IMG/VR virus record: IMGVR_UViG_3300009135_000001
Span: 11,255 to 75,254 of that record
Origin: a virus
Strand: one strand, 5' to 3'
Length of the DNA stretch: 64,000 bases
Positions 19,593 to 28,974 of the stretch are shown piece after piece. A program made the translations under genes and the position numbers. How positions within the stretch are numbered: the first letter of the stretch is position 1; every line of letters starts with the position of its first letter. The notes under the pieces were generated by a model, which saw only the letters and a list, made by a program, of their open reading frames with translations, was not told where the DNA came from and did no database searches.

Positions 19593-19916
19593 TTAAACGT
19601 CGCCGGGGTCGATACCTAGCATAACGTAGTTCACGATCTTATCGTGGTCAGTGATGGCTTCCTCAGGGTCGCTATAACGCCATTGAAACTGGTCGTATGC
19701 TCCCCCGAAGATCATGGTTTCGAACAGGACAGCGGGACTGTCACCGGAAGTATCGAAACTGTGGTCGATCCCAAGGAAGACAGTTGAGATGCGCGCTTGG
19801 CGTACATTGGTTTGTTTCATTAGCCTGTTGTTCGAGTGTTCGAACCAGTCGGCCCATTCTTCAATGTTTTCCGCTTTGCGAACGGTCTTACCATCGTCTT
19901 CGAGAATATAATGCAT
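19593..19916 (-). CDS. Conserved phage hypothetical protein
   Basis: ISTVFLGIDH..FETMIFGG motif, recognised from other phage small proteins. Confidence 0.7.
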   Translation of the reverse strand: MHYILEDDGKTVRKAENIEEWADWFEHSNNRLMKQTNVRQARISTVFLGIDHSFDTSGDSPAVLFETMIFGGAYDQFQWRYSDPEEAITDHDKIVNYVMLGIDPGDV

Positions 19917-19918
19917 GT

Positions 19919-20161
19919 TTAGTTGTCCAGGTTACGACGCCAAGCGGCGTAGTCAAAAAGTGGGATTTGGTGTTTGCGGGTGGTATCTGCCATATCCAAG
20001 TATGTTACTGTAAGGTATGCGCCTGCAAAGGTCAAATCAGTCAGCTGATAAAAATTGGTGATCCCGATCCATGCCATGAAGTCTTCTTTGTTTTCATGGA
20101 TGAATAGGTGGTGTTCTTCGATTAAATGTACTGCACGTAGGATACTCTTGGCTTGGTTCAT
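19919..20161 (-). CDS. Hypothetical protein
   Basis: Operon-coupled ORF. Confidence 0.55.
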   Translation of the reverse strand: MNQAKSILRAVHLIEEHHLFIHENKEDFMAWIGITNFYQLTDLTFAGAYLTVTYLDMADTTRKHQIPLFDYAAWRRNLDN

Positions 20162-20478
20162 AGGATGCTCAGGGTTGTGATCAGGTCTTCGGTGTTGGCG
20201 GTTTTGAGGTCAAGTTCTTCAAGCTTTTTGGATGCAGCATTTCGCTGTATCTCTTTGGCCTCTTCATATGCTGCAATGCTGGAATGGAAGCTTTTGAAGT
20301 AACCCAAAAAGATAACCGTACCGGATTTGTAAAGACGAACCCGCCACCGTTTTTTGGCAGCTTCATAATAGATACCTTTCGGGATGTCGCTTTTGTACTT
20401 CCGATAAAATTTCTTATCGGGTAGCACTAACGCGGCGCTTAAAAGCCCGCCAGTGGTCGTCGTTTGGAGCGAGCGCAT
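20158..20478 (-). CDS. AP2-like DNA-binding protein
   Basis: KGIYY...KRWRVRL....IFLGYF....AAYEEA pattern; true start is probably downstream of 20478. Confidence 0.65.
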   Translation of the reverse strand: MRSLQTTTTGGLLSAALVLPDKKFYRKYKSDIPKGIYYEAAKKRWRVRLYKSGTVIFLGYFKSFHSSIAAYEEAKEIQRNAASKKLEELDLKTANTEDLITTLSIL

Positions 20479-20833
20479 AGAGAAAAATGTCTAAAATTGA
20501 TGGAGCGAATCCTGAGAAGAAATCATACTCAGGGATTTGTTCAGCATATACTTCAATTTTGTTCGGTTGTGACATTAGTTCATCTACCATCATTCTGATG
20601 ATCGCCCTTTTTTCCGGTTCTAACGGGAAGAATGGGGGGTGCGGATATTTGTCGTCGAGATATTGTATGCAAGTCGACATACCGCGAATTTCTAAATTTT
20701 TATCCCTAATCATTATGCCTGGGGAATCGAGGATGATCCCACACTCTGTAGCCATCAGGTCTTTTCTGGCTAGACACTCCTTGATAACGGGATACATCAC
20801 GTCATCAGGGTTGTAAATTTTTATTGGCCGCAT
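20414..20833 (-). CDS. SspA-like (GST-fold) protein
   Basis: CIQYLDDKYPHPPFFPLEPEKRAIIR resembles SspA [23 protein letters not shown]. Confidence 0.65.
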   Translation of the reverse strand: MRPIKIYNPDDVMYPVIKECLARKDLMATECGIILDSPGIMIRDKNLEIRGMSTCIQYLDDKYPHPPFFPLEPEKRAIIRMMVDELMSQPNKIEVYAEQIPEYDFFSGFAPSILDIFLYALAPNDDHWRAFKRRVSATR

Positions 20834-21201
20834 GTGAATTCAGATATCCAGTCAGCTATTTCTTGGCAGCTGATTGCTTTGCTGAGGTCGATAGGCGCAA
20901 ACATGTCTCCGCCTGTAAGTATAACTCCAGTTCTAGTCCCGAGTCCCACAATAACTGCCACGTTACGTCCTTGTTCCATTCTGTCACGGAGCCATTTCTT
21001 TTGTAGCTCAGACAGTGCAGGAGGTTGTTTCGTAGACTTTGGCGGCTTCGGTAAATGCTTGTATTCGATCCAAAGGTCCGCCATTGGGCCTGAATAATAT
21101 GCGTCAGGAACTCCAGCGGTGAACCGGTCGGAAATTTTCCAAGTATAGACAGTATGTCGGAGTAACTTTCCAATTTTTCTGGTGTATCCTGATTCATTCA
21201 T
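20821..21201 (-). CDS. VRR-NUC/Holliday-junction-resolvase-like nuclease
   Basis: AGVPD...WIEYK...LSELQKKWL PD-(D/E)XK pattern; start MNESG at 21201. Confidence 0.75.
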   Translation of the reverse strand: MNESGYTRKIGKLLRHTVYTWKISDRFTAGVPDAYYSGPMADLWIEYKHLPKPPKSTKQPPALSELQKKWLRDRMEQGRNVAVIVGLGTRTGVILTGGDMFAPIDLSKAISCQEIADWISEFTCGQ

Positions 21202-21236
21202 AGTGTCGCCCCACCCGTAGGTGGGGCTGTCTCTGC

Positions 21237-21872
21237 CTAGAGCATGTTTTGCGCACGACTGCGCAGGTTCCAATGAGATTCCATCTTCTCATTTTCCCCT
21301 ACTGCTTTCAAGCGGCAGGTGGGGAATGAAGCAGATGGATCGAAGGTGATTTCTGTTACCAGGTTGATAGGTAGAACAGTGTTCTTGTTGCAAGAGTCCA
21401 TGTAGGCACCGAAAGACTTCAATGCAGTCGGCGTCAGATCCAGTGTATAGATCGGCGCGTTGGCATCGGCGTCAGGAGTAACCAGAGCAAGGCGGACTTT
21501 GTTTTGGCAAGCTTTGCCGCCACGTCCGTTTGCTGCTGAACCCCAGTCGTTCATCGGGCAGCCATCACAGGATGGTGCGATCGGGTTTTCGATTTCAGGG
21601 GCCGGTTTCAACCCATCTTGGCTCTCGCTGGTTGCGGAGCAGTCAGGGCGGTTACTTGATTGCCCATCCCACATAGCCTTGTAATAGGTGTTATTGAACC
21701 GGTAATCCAGGATAACCGCTGTAAGGGTGTTGTTCTTTACCTTTTCCCCGTCGGGAAGGGTGAACTCTTTGCCCTTTGTATTGATCCGTCCACCGGAAGG
21801 CAGGATATTCGTCTTCTGCTTTTCGATTTCCTTCGCAATTTGTTTTTGTAATGTTGCTAATTGTTGTGACAT
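21237..21872 (-). CDS. Putative ssDNA-binding/annealing protein
   Basis: CDGCPMNDWGS...KACQ Cys cluster; located in the replication/recombination module. Confidence 0.55.
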   Translation of the reverse strand: MSQQLATLQKQIAKEIEKQKTNILPSGGRINTKGKEFTLPDGEKVKNNTLTAVILDYRFNNTYYKAMWDGQSSNRPDCSATSESQDGLKPAPEIENPIAPSCDGCPMNDWGSAANGRGGKACQNKVRLALVTPDADANAPIYTLDLTPTALKSFGAYMDSCNKNTVLPINLVTEITFDPSASFPTCRLKAVGENEKMESHWNLRSRAQNML

Positions 21873-21879
21873 CTAGACC

Positions 21880-22245
21880 TCAGTTTTTACGTAAAGATAA
21901 CGTGCGCTTTGTAAATGGTCGCAACCCAGGCACGTCTTCGCCTGACTCACGTAATTCTCTGTAGGATCGCACTGCTGGTCTTCGTTCTAGCAGATGCAGA
22001 TCACCAGTTTTCAATATATGATCGAAGAATACTTCGTCGTTCTCGATCACCGGCACGACCGATTCCGTGATAGAAACAGTTGCTGTGTGACCACGGGCCC
22101 CTGGTAGATCTTGTTCCTCTAACATTTCGAATATGTTTTCCTCTTCCTCGTCCATTATTTTTCTTATCTTCGATATTTCTTTTTCCAACTCCCGCTTTTT
22201 TTCGCGGAGGTTGTGGAGCTTATCTATTGCTGCGCCTAAATTCAT
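21880..22245 (-). CDS. Conserved replication-module protein (coiled-coil N-terminus)
   Basis: Typical neighbour of SNF2 helicase and SSB genes. Confidence 0.6.
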   Translation of the reverse strand: MNLGAAIDKLHNLREKKRELEKEISKIRKIMDEEEENIFEMLEEQDLPGARGHTATVSITESVVPVIENDEVFFDHILKTGDLHLLERRPAVRSYRELRESGEDVPGLRPFTKRTLSLRKN

Positions 22246-22246
22246 T

Positions 22247-23623
22247 TTACATTCCTAATATGTCGAGAAGGGAGGCTTGCTGATCGATCTTCCCTTGGAG
22301 TTTATTATACACGTGTTCTTCCAGCGTTGCACTTGCGGTGATGTGGATAGTTTCGGTCTTCCTCGTCTGCCCAGCGCGGTATATCCGCCGGTTGAACTGT
22401 TCGTATTGCTCCGACGACCATGTTGGCGAGCTCCATATCGTGGTAGTACCCCGAGTAAGAGTTAAACCATGGGCCGCTGAGCGAGGATGGGCAAAGATGA
22501 CCTTGATCACCCCGTTCTGAAAATCTTCGACCACTTTTTGACGTTGAGCGTCGTTCGCCGCCCCATTTATTACGCCATACGGAATCTTCTCCTTTGTCGC
22601 CAGCAGTTCCAATTCCGCCAATTGGTGGCCCCAGTTGTAAGCGACTACGCATGAGTCACGCTCTTTGACCAGTTGGATTATCAATTCGTACCGAGCTGTA
22701 TCGAATAGTTCTGCCGTACTGTCGTTTTTGTACACGCTTCCTGAGGACAACTGTAACAATTTGCCCGTTAATACGGCGGCGTTCGCTGCGGTTATGTCCT
22801 CCGTAGCCAGTTGGATCAAAGCATGCTCTGCCAGAATATCGTATTGCTTCCTCAAAGCGAAAGGTAGGTCGAATGTTACGTCCGTCTTGAAATGTCCTGG
22901 TATGTCTATACATTGTTCAAATACGTTCCTGATTGTGATGTCTGAGAGTAAGTCAGCTACGGCTTCGATGGCACCTTCCTTGTCTTGCCATCGTACCATT
23001 TGCGCCCCACGTCCTACTCTGATGGGTTCGCATACGGAGTTACGAAATCTCCAGTACGAAGTGCCAAGTCTCTCCCCGTCGTCGAGGATGAATGCTTGGT
23101 TCCATATGTCAGTGACTGTGTTCGGTGCTGGTGTTCCGGTCATTACTACTCGGTGATCAAAGTGACCAGCAATCCGTTTGACTGCCTTACTACGTTGAGC
23201 GCTGGGGTTTTTATATGCCGTCGATTCGTCAATGACAATATCTGTGATTTCCAGATACGCCCACGGATTGTCGCGTAGCCACTTGACCGCATCATGATTT
23301 GTGATGTAGATATCGGCTTCTTCTTGGAATGCTTTTTGTCTGTTGTTGGCATACGCTACACTGTATTTTAACTCTGGCTGGAACCTGACGATATCATGTC
23401 CCCATGCGGGCTCCAGGATTGATTTGGGGGCCAAGACCAGACATTTACGAGAGGGGTCTCTTCGTAGTCTCTCAGCGAACCCGTCAAGGTAAGCACGTGT
23501 CTTACCTGTTCCAGGGTCGGACATATCGAAAATCGCCTCGTGTCCGACTTGAAATTCAGTGGATTTTGTTTGGTGCTCATAAGCTGGTGGGATTTGATCC
23601 TTAGGCAGAGTGAAGTTTGGCAT
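22247..23623 (-). CDS. SNF2-family (SF2) helicase
   Basis: PGTGKT, VIDEST, MTGTP, HGLTL and QFNRRIYRAGQ motifs. Confidence 0.92.
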   Translation of the reverse strand: MPNFTLPKDQIPPAYEHQTKSTEFQVGHEAIFDMSDPGTGKTRAYLDGFAERLRRDPSRKCLVLAPKSILEPAWGHDIVRFQPELKYSVAYANNRQKAFQEEADIYITNHDAVKWLRDNPWAYLEITDIVIDESTAYKNPSAQRSKAVKRIAGHFDHRVVMTGTPAPNTVTDIWNQAFILDDGERLGTSYWRFRNSVCEPIRVGRGAQMVRWQDKEGAIEAVADLLSDITIRNVFEQCIDIPGHFKTDVTFDLPFALRKQYDILAEHALIQLATEDITAANAAVLTGKLLQLSSGSVYKNDSTAELFDTARYELIIQLVKERDSCVVAYNWGHQLAELELLATKEKIPYGVINGAANDAQRQKVVEDFQNGVIKVIFAHPRSAAHGLTLTRGTTTIWSSPTWSSEQYEQFNRRIYRAGQTRKTETIHITASATLEEHVYNKLQGKIDQQASLLDILGM

Positions 23624-24308
23624 TTAGCGTTTTTCCATTAGCGGTATATACCGCTTGAGCGAATCCGCGTGGGGTAGCAGAACGGATGTTTTTCGTTTTG
23701 AGGCTCTTGCCTCCGAGTTTCGTATGTTGAAGAGACGCCCCGGTTTGGGGCTTAACAGGGAGTTTTTCCGGCATCTTAAAGTCACCGCCAGTCCAAAGGC
23801 ACGTTTTTTTCGTGTAGGCGTCTCTTGCAGCAATGTTCTCGGGGTATAGCGGGTGGATGTCGTCACTTGGCAAATAGCCTCCGTATTCAAATGGGTCGAA
23901 CATGTAGTCTGGTTTGCCGCAGTAGGTTGAGAACGTGCTGATTGGGTTCTCGATAAAATAAGGACACCCGAGCCACTCTCCCAGTTCACGACAAGTCGCG
24001 AATAAATCGAGGGAGAGCGATAGCGCTCGGGGGCCTTTCTTCTGAAACCACAACGCGCCACTGACGGCAACGTTGGTGCATTCGGGAAAGCTACCCATGA
24101 AAGCAACCCGACCAACGATTTCGCGTGGTGGTATCCAGCCGTTTCGAATATCCGCGCCCACTTTGAATAGCCCAGGTCGGGCGGGGTCTTCGTATATTCC
24201 TGTTTTGTGTTGTCGATCGACGATATAACATTCGTATCCAGCGTCCAGCCAGGGCTGAGCCATGATACCTGTTAGATCGAAAAGAAATACTGCTACGTTT
24301 TTTTGCAT
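23601..24308 (-). CDS. Phage C5 cytosine methyltransferase-like protein
   Basis: LFDLTGIMAQPW, FPECTNVAVSGALWF, IENPIS, YTKKTCLW and RSATPRGFA motifs. Confidence 0.7.
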   Translation of the reverse strand: MQKNVAVFLFDLTGIMAQPWLDAGYECYIVDRQHKTGIYEDPARPGLFKVGADIRNGWIPPREIVGRVAFMGSFPECTNVAVSGALWFQKKGPRALSLSLDLFATCRELGEWLGCPYFIENPISTFSTYCGKPDYMFDPFEYGGYLPSDDIHPLYPENIAARDAYTKKTCLWTGGDFKMPEKLPVKPQTGASLQHTKLGGKSLKTKNIRSATPRGFAQAVYTANGKTLNAKLHSA

Positions 24309-24453
24309 TTATTTTTTCCAAAGATTGCGTCCCATTTTTCCTGTGAGATTTCAGGTGCTTCTCTGCGTCGGCGGCTGCCTTTTCCGCCAGTTTTATCGGT
24401 GTGTATTCCGCCGTTGTATTGGCGTTTTTCACTGATTACGTTTGGTACTTTTT

Positions 24454-24756
24454 TCATAGGATTCTCAGTGGTGTCATTTTGTTTGCGAGATACCAGGTCC
24501 CACCTTGGGACTTAGGGCGTTCTTCACTCGTGTACTCCTCGATCTCAACCTCAACCCATTGTCGATCTCCATTATTGCTGAGGTGCGGTGCAGATGGTTG
24601 GGGGCAGCAATGGAATCCGGGGCGTACTTTGTAGCCCATCGTGGGGTGGCTTTCCGCTTCGTACGTCGTGCCAAGTGCGAGGCGCAAAGGTCTGTTGATG
24701 AATAGTGGTCCAAGTGTTCCGTCCTTTCGTTGTTTCATAAGTTTGTATGCGATCAT
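24454..24756 (-). CDS. Conserved phage hypothetical protein
   Basis: GTLGPLFIN, RPGFHCC..P.APHL and QGGTWYLA motifs. Confidence 0.65.
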   Translation of the reverse strand: MIAYKLMKQRKDGTLGPLFINRPLRLALGTTYEAESHPTMGYKVRPGFHCCPQPSAPHLSNNGDRQWVEVEIEEYTSEERPKSQGGTWYLANKMTPLRIL

Positions 24757-25472
24757 AAATCAGGGTCCACTGCGTATTGGCATTTGCCGTTACCGTTAGC
24801 GACACCGTAGTCGCAGTACAGGCAATTCATTTTGTTTGGTTTGGGTGGGAAGTCAACTGTTGACGTCATTTTTTCGGCCCTTTTGTTGAAGGATGCCATT
24901 TGAGCCGTCAATTGGAGCCTGTTGTACGAACGCTTTTTTGTTTTGCCTTCGTCTAGGTACCAGAATTCGACAGTAATGCTTTGGGCCTTCGGATATAAAC
25001 ACATTAGCGCCACAGCGTATAGTGCCCCCTGTTGCGAGTGAGGAACTTCGTTCCCCCATGATTTCCCAGTCTTGTAGTCGATTATGGTAAAAGTAGTCTC
25101 GTCGTGCTGAATTACTGCGTCTATCTTGCTCATGTGCCATACCGTCCCCCAGTCAGTGTAACCACAAGGTTCCCAATTCGATGTAAAGCCCCAGCCTTCT
25201 TCCACCGTGACTTGACCCTCGTGGAACAGCTCTCGCAAAGACTCGAATTGAGAGGTGAATCGTTTGATTGACCGAGGCATGTCGGGCACTTCTCCTCGGA
25301 CATAATCCTCAGCTTCTTTGTGGATAATGTTCCCTCGAACGAGTGGGTGTTTCTCGTCAGTGATTTCGTCAACGGGGACTCGTTGGATTCGTTTGAGGTA
25401 TTGGGCATAGGGGCATTTCTCGAATTGTTTGAGAGAGCTAAAGCTCCACGTTTGGATATTTCTGTTTGCCAT
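24753..25472 (-). CDS. PD-(D/E)XK exonuclease (RecB/Cas4-like)
   Basis: WSFSSLKQFEKCP, KIDA..IIDYKTGK, Q..LY and terminal CLYCDY..C motifs. Confidence 0.88.
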   Translation of the reverse strand: MANRNIQTWSFSSLKQFEKCPYAQYLKRIQRVPVDEITDEKHPLVRGNIIHKEAEDYVRGEVPDMPRSIKRFTSQFESLRELFHEGQVTVEEGWGFTSNWEPCGYTDWGTVWHMSKIDAVIQHDETTFTIIDYKTGKSWGNEVPHSQQGALYAVALMCLYPKAQSITVEFWYLDEGKTKKRSYNRLQLTAQMASFNKRAEKMTSTVDFPPKPNKMNCLYCDYGVANGNGKCQYAVDPDL

Positions 25473-25671
25473 TGAAGTACCTCCGTAAGAGAATGCTGAT
25501 TGTAAGTGAACTTACGGTGAAGATGAGAGTCATGGTGAAGCTGTCACCATTCTCGATCATCCCGCTGTTTATCATAGGCCAGATGACCCACCGAGTGATA
25601 GCCATAGCGATTACGAATTTGATCGCGGTTTTGACTACCTCTTCGATGATTGATTCTTTATGACTTTGCAT
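25438..25671 (-). CDS. Small two-TM membrane protein
   Basis: QSHKESIIE followed by two hydrophobic helices ending LRRYFN. Confidence 0.65.
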   Translation of the reverse strand: MQSHKESIIEEVVKTAIKFVIAMAITRWVIWPMINSGMIENGDSFTMTLIFTVSSLTISILLRRYFNGKQKYPNVEL

Positions 25672-26341
25672 AGTTTTGCTCGAATAGGTTTATTTTACTT
25701 TTGCTTCCGTGGACATCGATTGCGATATTTGGTGCCAGGACAGAAGCTCCCCCGCAGAGTCGGCAGCTAGCGCATTCAACCCCTTTGTGAGAAGGACAAT
25801 AGATTTCGCCTTTGAGAAGCGGGTCGCCGTCTCGTTTGACTCGATATGTCCGCCATCCGAGATGAACTGCTTTATGATATTCTTCCTCTGAGTCGACAGA
25901 TGCCATGCATAGTTCTTTGAATCTATCATCGCACGTAGTCCATTGATGCGTGTACCCAGTATGATTCGGGGCCTCCGTCCGGGTTAGCAGTGCTTGCCAG
26001 TGCCCAAATGGTATGGCAGTAGGGTCTCCGTATGCACCTAGTCTGAGGGGCAAGCCCTTCGATTTGTTGGATAAGCTCTTTGGTGGGAATTTCTGGATGG
26101 CGGTTGGGGCTTGGTGTGTCAGTACATAACACGTTCCCGCGTTCTTTGGCCTGTGAATACAGTCCCCGCATATTGATTTGTCCGCGCCACTTTTGCAGGC
26201 TTCGGTTGGTGTAAGACCGTCAACCACGATCCAGGTTTGGAGCATGTCGCCGGTTTTACGGTTAGAGGAGTTCTCGGTTATATAGCCCTTTATTGGGTTG
26301 CCGTCGATTTGGGACGGCCCTTCGTAGAATAGTTCTGCCAT
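25658..26341 (-). CDS. Cys-rich putative Fe-S protein (GP88/radical-SAM-like)
   Basis: SSNRKTG, CGDC..C, LRLGAYGD, GYTH and C-terminal CxxCxxC. Confidence 0.5.
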   Translation of the reverse strand: MAELFYEGPSQIDGNPIKGYITENSSNRKTGDMLQTWIVVDGLTPTEACKSGADKSICGDCIHRPKNAGTCYVLTHQAPTAIQKFPPKSLSNKSKGLPLRLGAYGDPTAIPFGHWQALLTRTEAPNHTGYTHQWTTCDDRFKELCMASVDSEEEYHKAVHLGWRTYRVKRDGDPLLKGEIYCPSHKGVECASCRLCGGASVLAPNIAIDVHGSKSKINLFEQNYAKS

Positions 26342-26344
26342 AGT

Positions 26345-28660
26345 TCATTTTATTTTTACGACTTTGTCCGTTGTCTGTTGTGCCTTGAAGTAATCTTCCA
26401 TTTTTAACTTCGGGAAACGTGTGACATAGCCTTTGGTAATGAGGCCGTCAATACGTTTGCGAGAGCTCTCAAGGTCGTGGTATGTGCACATCCTTGAGAA
26501 TTTAGTTGCTGACATGAGTTTGTTGTTCTGTAAGAACTTGTAAGCTGATTGCAGTTCGTCGCGTGGTATAAAATCTACGCCGTTGTCAGCCCAAGCTTTA
26601 ACTACTTTTTTGTATTCTTCAGCCGCCATGTCGAATGACGTGTTGTCGCTGTTGTCGACGAATTCCAAAAAGAATTCAATGTTACCTGCTTTGATTGCGT
26701 TGAAGAACAGGTCGACTGAGTTGAAAGACTTGTCTATTAGATTCGAACGCGCCTTGTTTTTAAGTACAGTTCTTGCTTGGAGTCTATCCACTGAGTAGGC
26801 TGCCAGGTAGCTGGCAAACTCGGCCAACTCTGTAGCAACAGTTTCGACTTGCAGGTCTGTGATTTCCAACCGCGTATTTTGCGGCGGTGCGATGTTAAAA
26901 CGCCGATCGGTAGGGGATAGTGGAACAGCCGTACCGGCGTTAGTTGCCATGATAGTATTGAGATAAGAGTCAACTTCGTACTCATTAGTTCGCATACGGC
27001 GTATGGAAATTCTCTCCTCCGTGATGATATTTTTAATCTTGTTGTGGAGTTTCTCCAGTTGGCGGCCGTCGTGTATGTTGAACTCGTCGATGAACAAGAA
27101 TATCGCTTCTTCAAATCTTGCATTGAATAGGTCTTCCAGGTTCTCGGTAGTAATGCGAGCAACATACCGCTCACCGAATAAGGGGCTTAAGATTTTGTCG
27201 ACAAGTAAGCCTTTTCCCGTCCCTTCGATCCCCGAGAACAGCCACGCTGTTTTTGATTTCATACGAGTCTGAAAAATGAATGCAAGCCAGTTTAAAAAAT
27301 GCTCGTACGTTTGAAGGTCGACTGTGATACTCCTTAAGATCAAATCTATATTCGGGGGCACCACAGCCGTGGGGGAAGTAATGCCATTTCTTAGGTATGA
27401 TGTTGGAACGAATTTGTTTGCCCATTGGTCGGTGAAGTCTATGACTTTTGTAGTTGTAGGATCGAATTGATAGTCCCAATCTGGGACTTCTTCAGGCATG
27501 GGTATGTTGTGGTTGCCGAGGAAATCTTCTAATTTAACTTTGCTCGAAGTTGCGCGGATCTTGACAGTGTCTCCCGCAACATCATAGATTCCGTTGTAGT
27601 ACTCGTCAGAGTCAATATCTCTAAATATGACAGGAATGTGAGAGCGCGCTGCCGTTGCCTTTTGGTAGCTGATTCCTTGGTAGTACCCTGGGTCGATGTC
27701 CCTGAGTTTAACGAGTGGATGTCCTTTAAAATTTCTAAGGACATCGGGGTTTTGCTTTTCATAATAGTATCCCCATGAAGGGTTATCCCCCACTATGTTA
27801 CAGCGCACGTAGTCGCCGTGATCCATTGTCTCTAGGATGATCATGGGGTCAGGGTTGAGAAGGACTTCTTCCGCGCCGTATGGCTTGTACTTTGCGTTCG
27901 TTACTTTGAGACCGCCTAGCTTGCGGAGGTCATCAATTTTGGTTTGCAAATCCGTTTTGTTTTTACTCGGATTCGGGCTCGGGGTGAACGAGGAAGTGTC
28001 TGCGCCCAGCACCACTAAGTCGAAGTATTGCGTTACCGGTGCGGACAAGTTTATCAGGGTAGGGGGAGAGATGTATATCAGCTTGTCGTTCTGGCAGGTT
28101 GAAATGTCGAGTGGCCATATGAGGGAGTGGCCATTCTTTGCTAGGGTCAATTGATTCGCCAGTGCGGGCGTTGTAAAATTTACTTCCTTTAGCCATTCTT
28201 TTAACGCCCCTGGTGAGCTCGGTGAAGCCAGCTTGAAATACAAGTGACCACGCAACCCGGCGTTCCCCTTAATGCCTGCGCTATTAGAGTGCTGGAATAT
28301 GTACGAGGTGTCTTGAAACATCGGGCCGAGGCAGCGAATGAAATCTGGGATGTCAACGAATCCGGAATCGAAGTCGAGGTCGAGACAGATCCATTGGGTG
28401 GAGTCTGTGGGGTTTGTCTTCCCACGACGTTCTTCACCATTAAGTTCATCCGTAAGAACTCCTTTGAGTGCACATCTACCCAGCCCTGCGTGTTTGGTGA
28501 GGGCAGTGTAGAGTTCTGTAATTGAGTTAACGTCTTCACGGTGGCTGTTGAATCTCTTTACGAGTGGGTAAGGTTTGGTTGTTATGTTGCCGTTAGCGTC
28601 GGCTTCGTGAGTTTTACATAGAGCGGCACCACTGGCCGCTTCGAGGAAATCGATGAGCAT
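26345..28660 (-). CDS. Primase-polymerase fused to SF3 helicase (NrS-1/DUF5906-like)
   Basis: N-terminal LDLD and RGHLYF; Walker A GIEGTGKG; Walker B FIDE; motif C MATN. Confidence 0.85.
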   Translation of the reverse strand: MLIDFLEAASGAALCKTHEADANGNITTKPYPLVKRFNSHREDVNSITELYTALTKHAGLGRCALKGVLTDELNGEERRGKTNPTDSTQWICLDLDFDSGFVDIPDFIRCLGPMFQDTSYIFQHSNSAGIKGNAGLRGHLYFKLASPSSPGALKEWLKEVNFTTPALANQLTLAKNGHSLIWPLDISTCQNDKLIYISPPTLINLSAPVTQYFDLVVLGADTSSFTPSPNPSKNKTDLQTKIDDLRKLGGLKVTNAKYKPYGAEEVLLNPDPMIILETMDHGDYVRCNIVGDNPSWGYYYEKQNPDVLRNFKGHPLVKLRDIDPGYYQGISYQKATAARSHIPVIFRDIDSDEYYNGIYDVAGDTVKIRATSSKVKLEDFLGNHNIPMPEEVPDWDYQFDPTTTKVIDFTDQWANKFVPTSYLRNGITSPTAVVPPNIDLILRSITVDLQTYEHFLNWLAFIFQTRMKSKTAWLFSGIEGTGKGLLVDKILSPLFGERYVARITTENLEDLFNARFEEAIFLFIDEFNIHDGRQLEKLHNKIKNIITEERISIRRMRTNEYEVDSYLNTIMATNAGTAVPLSPTDRRFNIAPPQNTRLEITDLQVETVATELAEFASYLAAYSVDRLQARTVLKNKARSNLIDKSFNSVDLFFNAIKAGNIEFFLEFVDNSDNTSFDMAAEEYKKVVKAWADNGVDFIPRDELQSAYKFLQNNKLMSATKFSRMCTYHDLESSRKRIDGLITKGYVTRFPKLKMEDYFKAQQTTDKVVKIK

Positions 28661-28974
28661 TGAATGTTCTCTGTTTATTCAGATGGGTAATCGGGCGACT
28701 CATCAGAGGGGTCAATAGTTAATTCGAGATCAGCTAATATATTTAATTGATTTAATTTATCAACTGCTTGCTCCATTGTAGATAACTTTTCAGTGGTGTC
28801 CCGATCTACAATGTGACCATCATGGTAACTGAATCTTAACATAGTTCTTCTCGTTGTTGAAGAGTCATGTTAGCCCACGGGATAATGGACTGCCTAATTT
28901 GTTGGACCAGCTTTGCAGAACCCGGCTGGTCCGGGGGCGGGCAGGATAGGCATATGAAGGCCTGTCTGCGAGTG

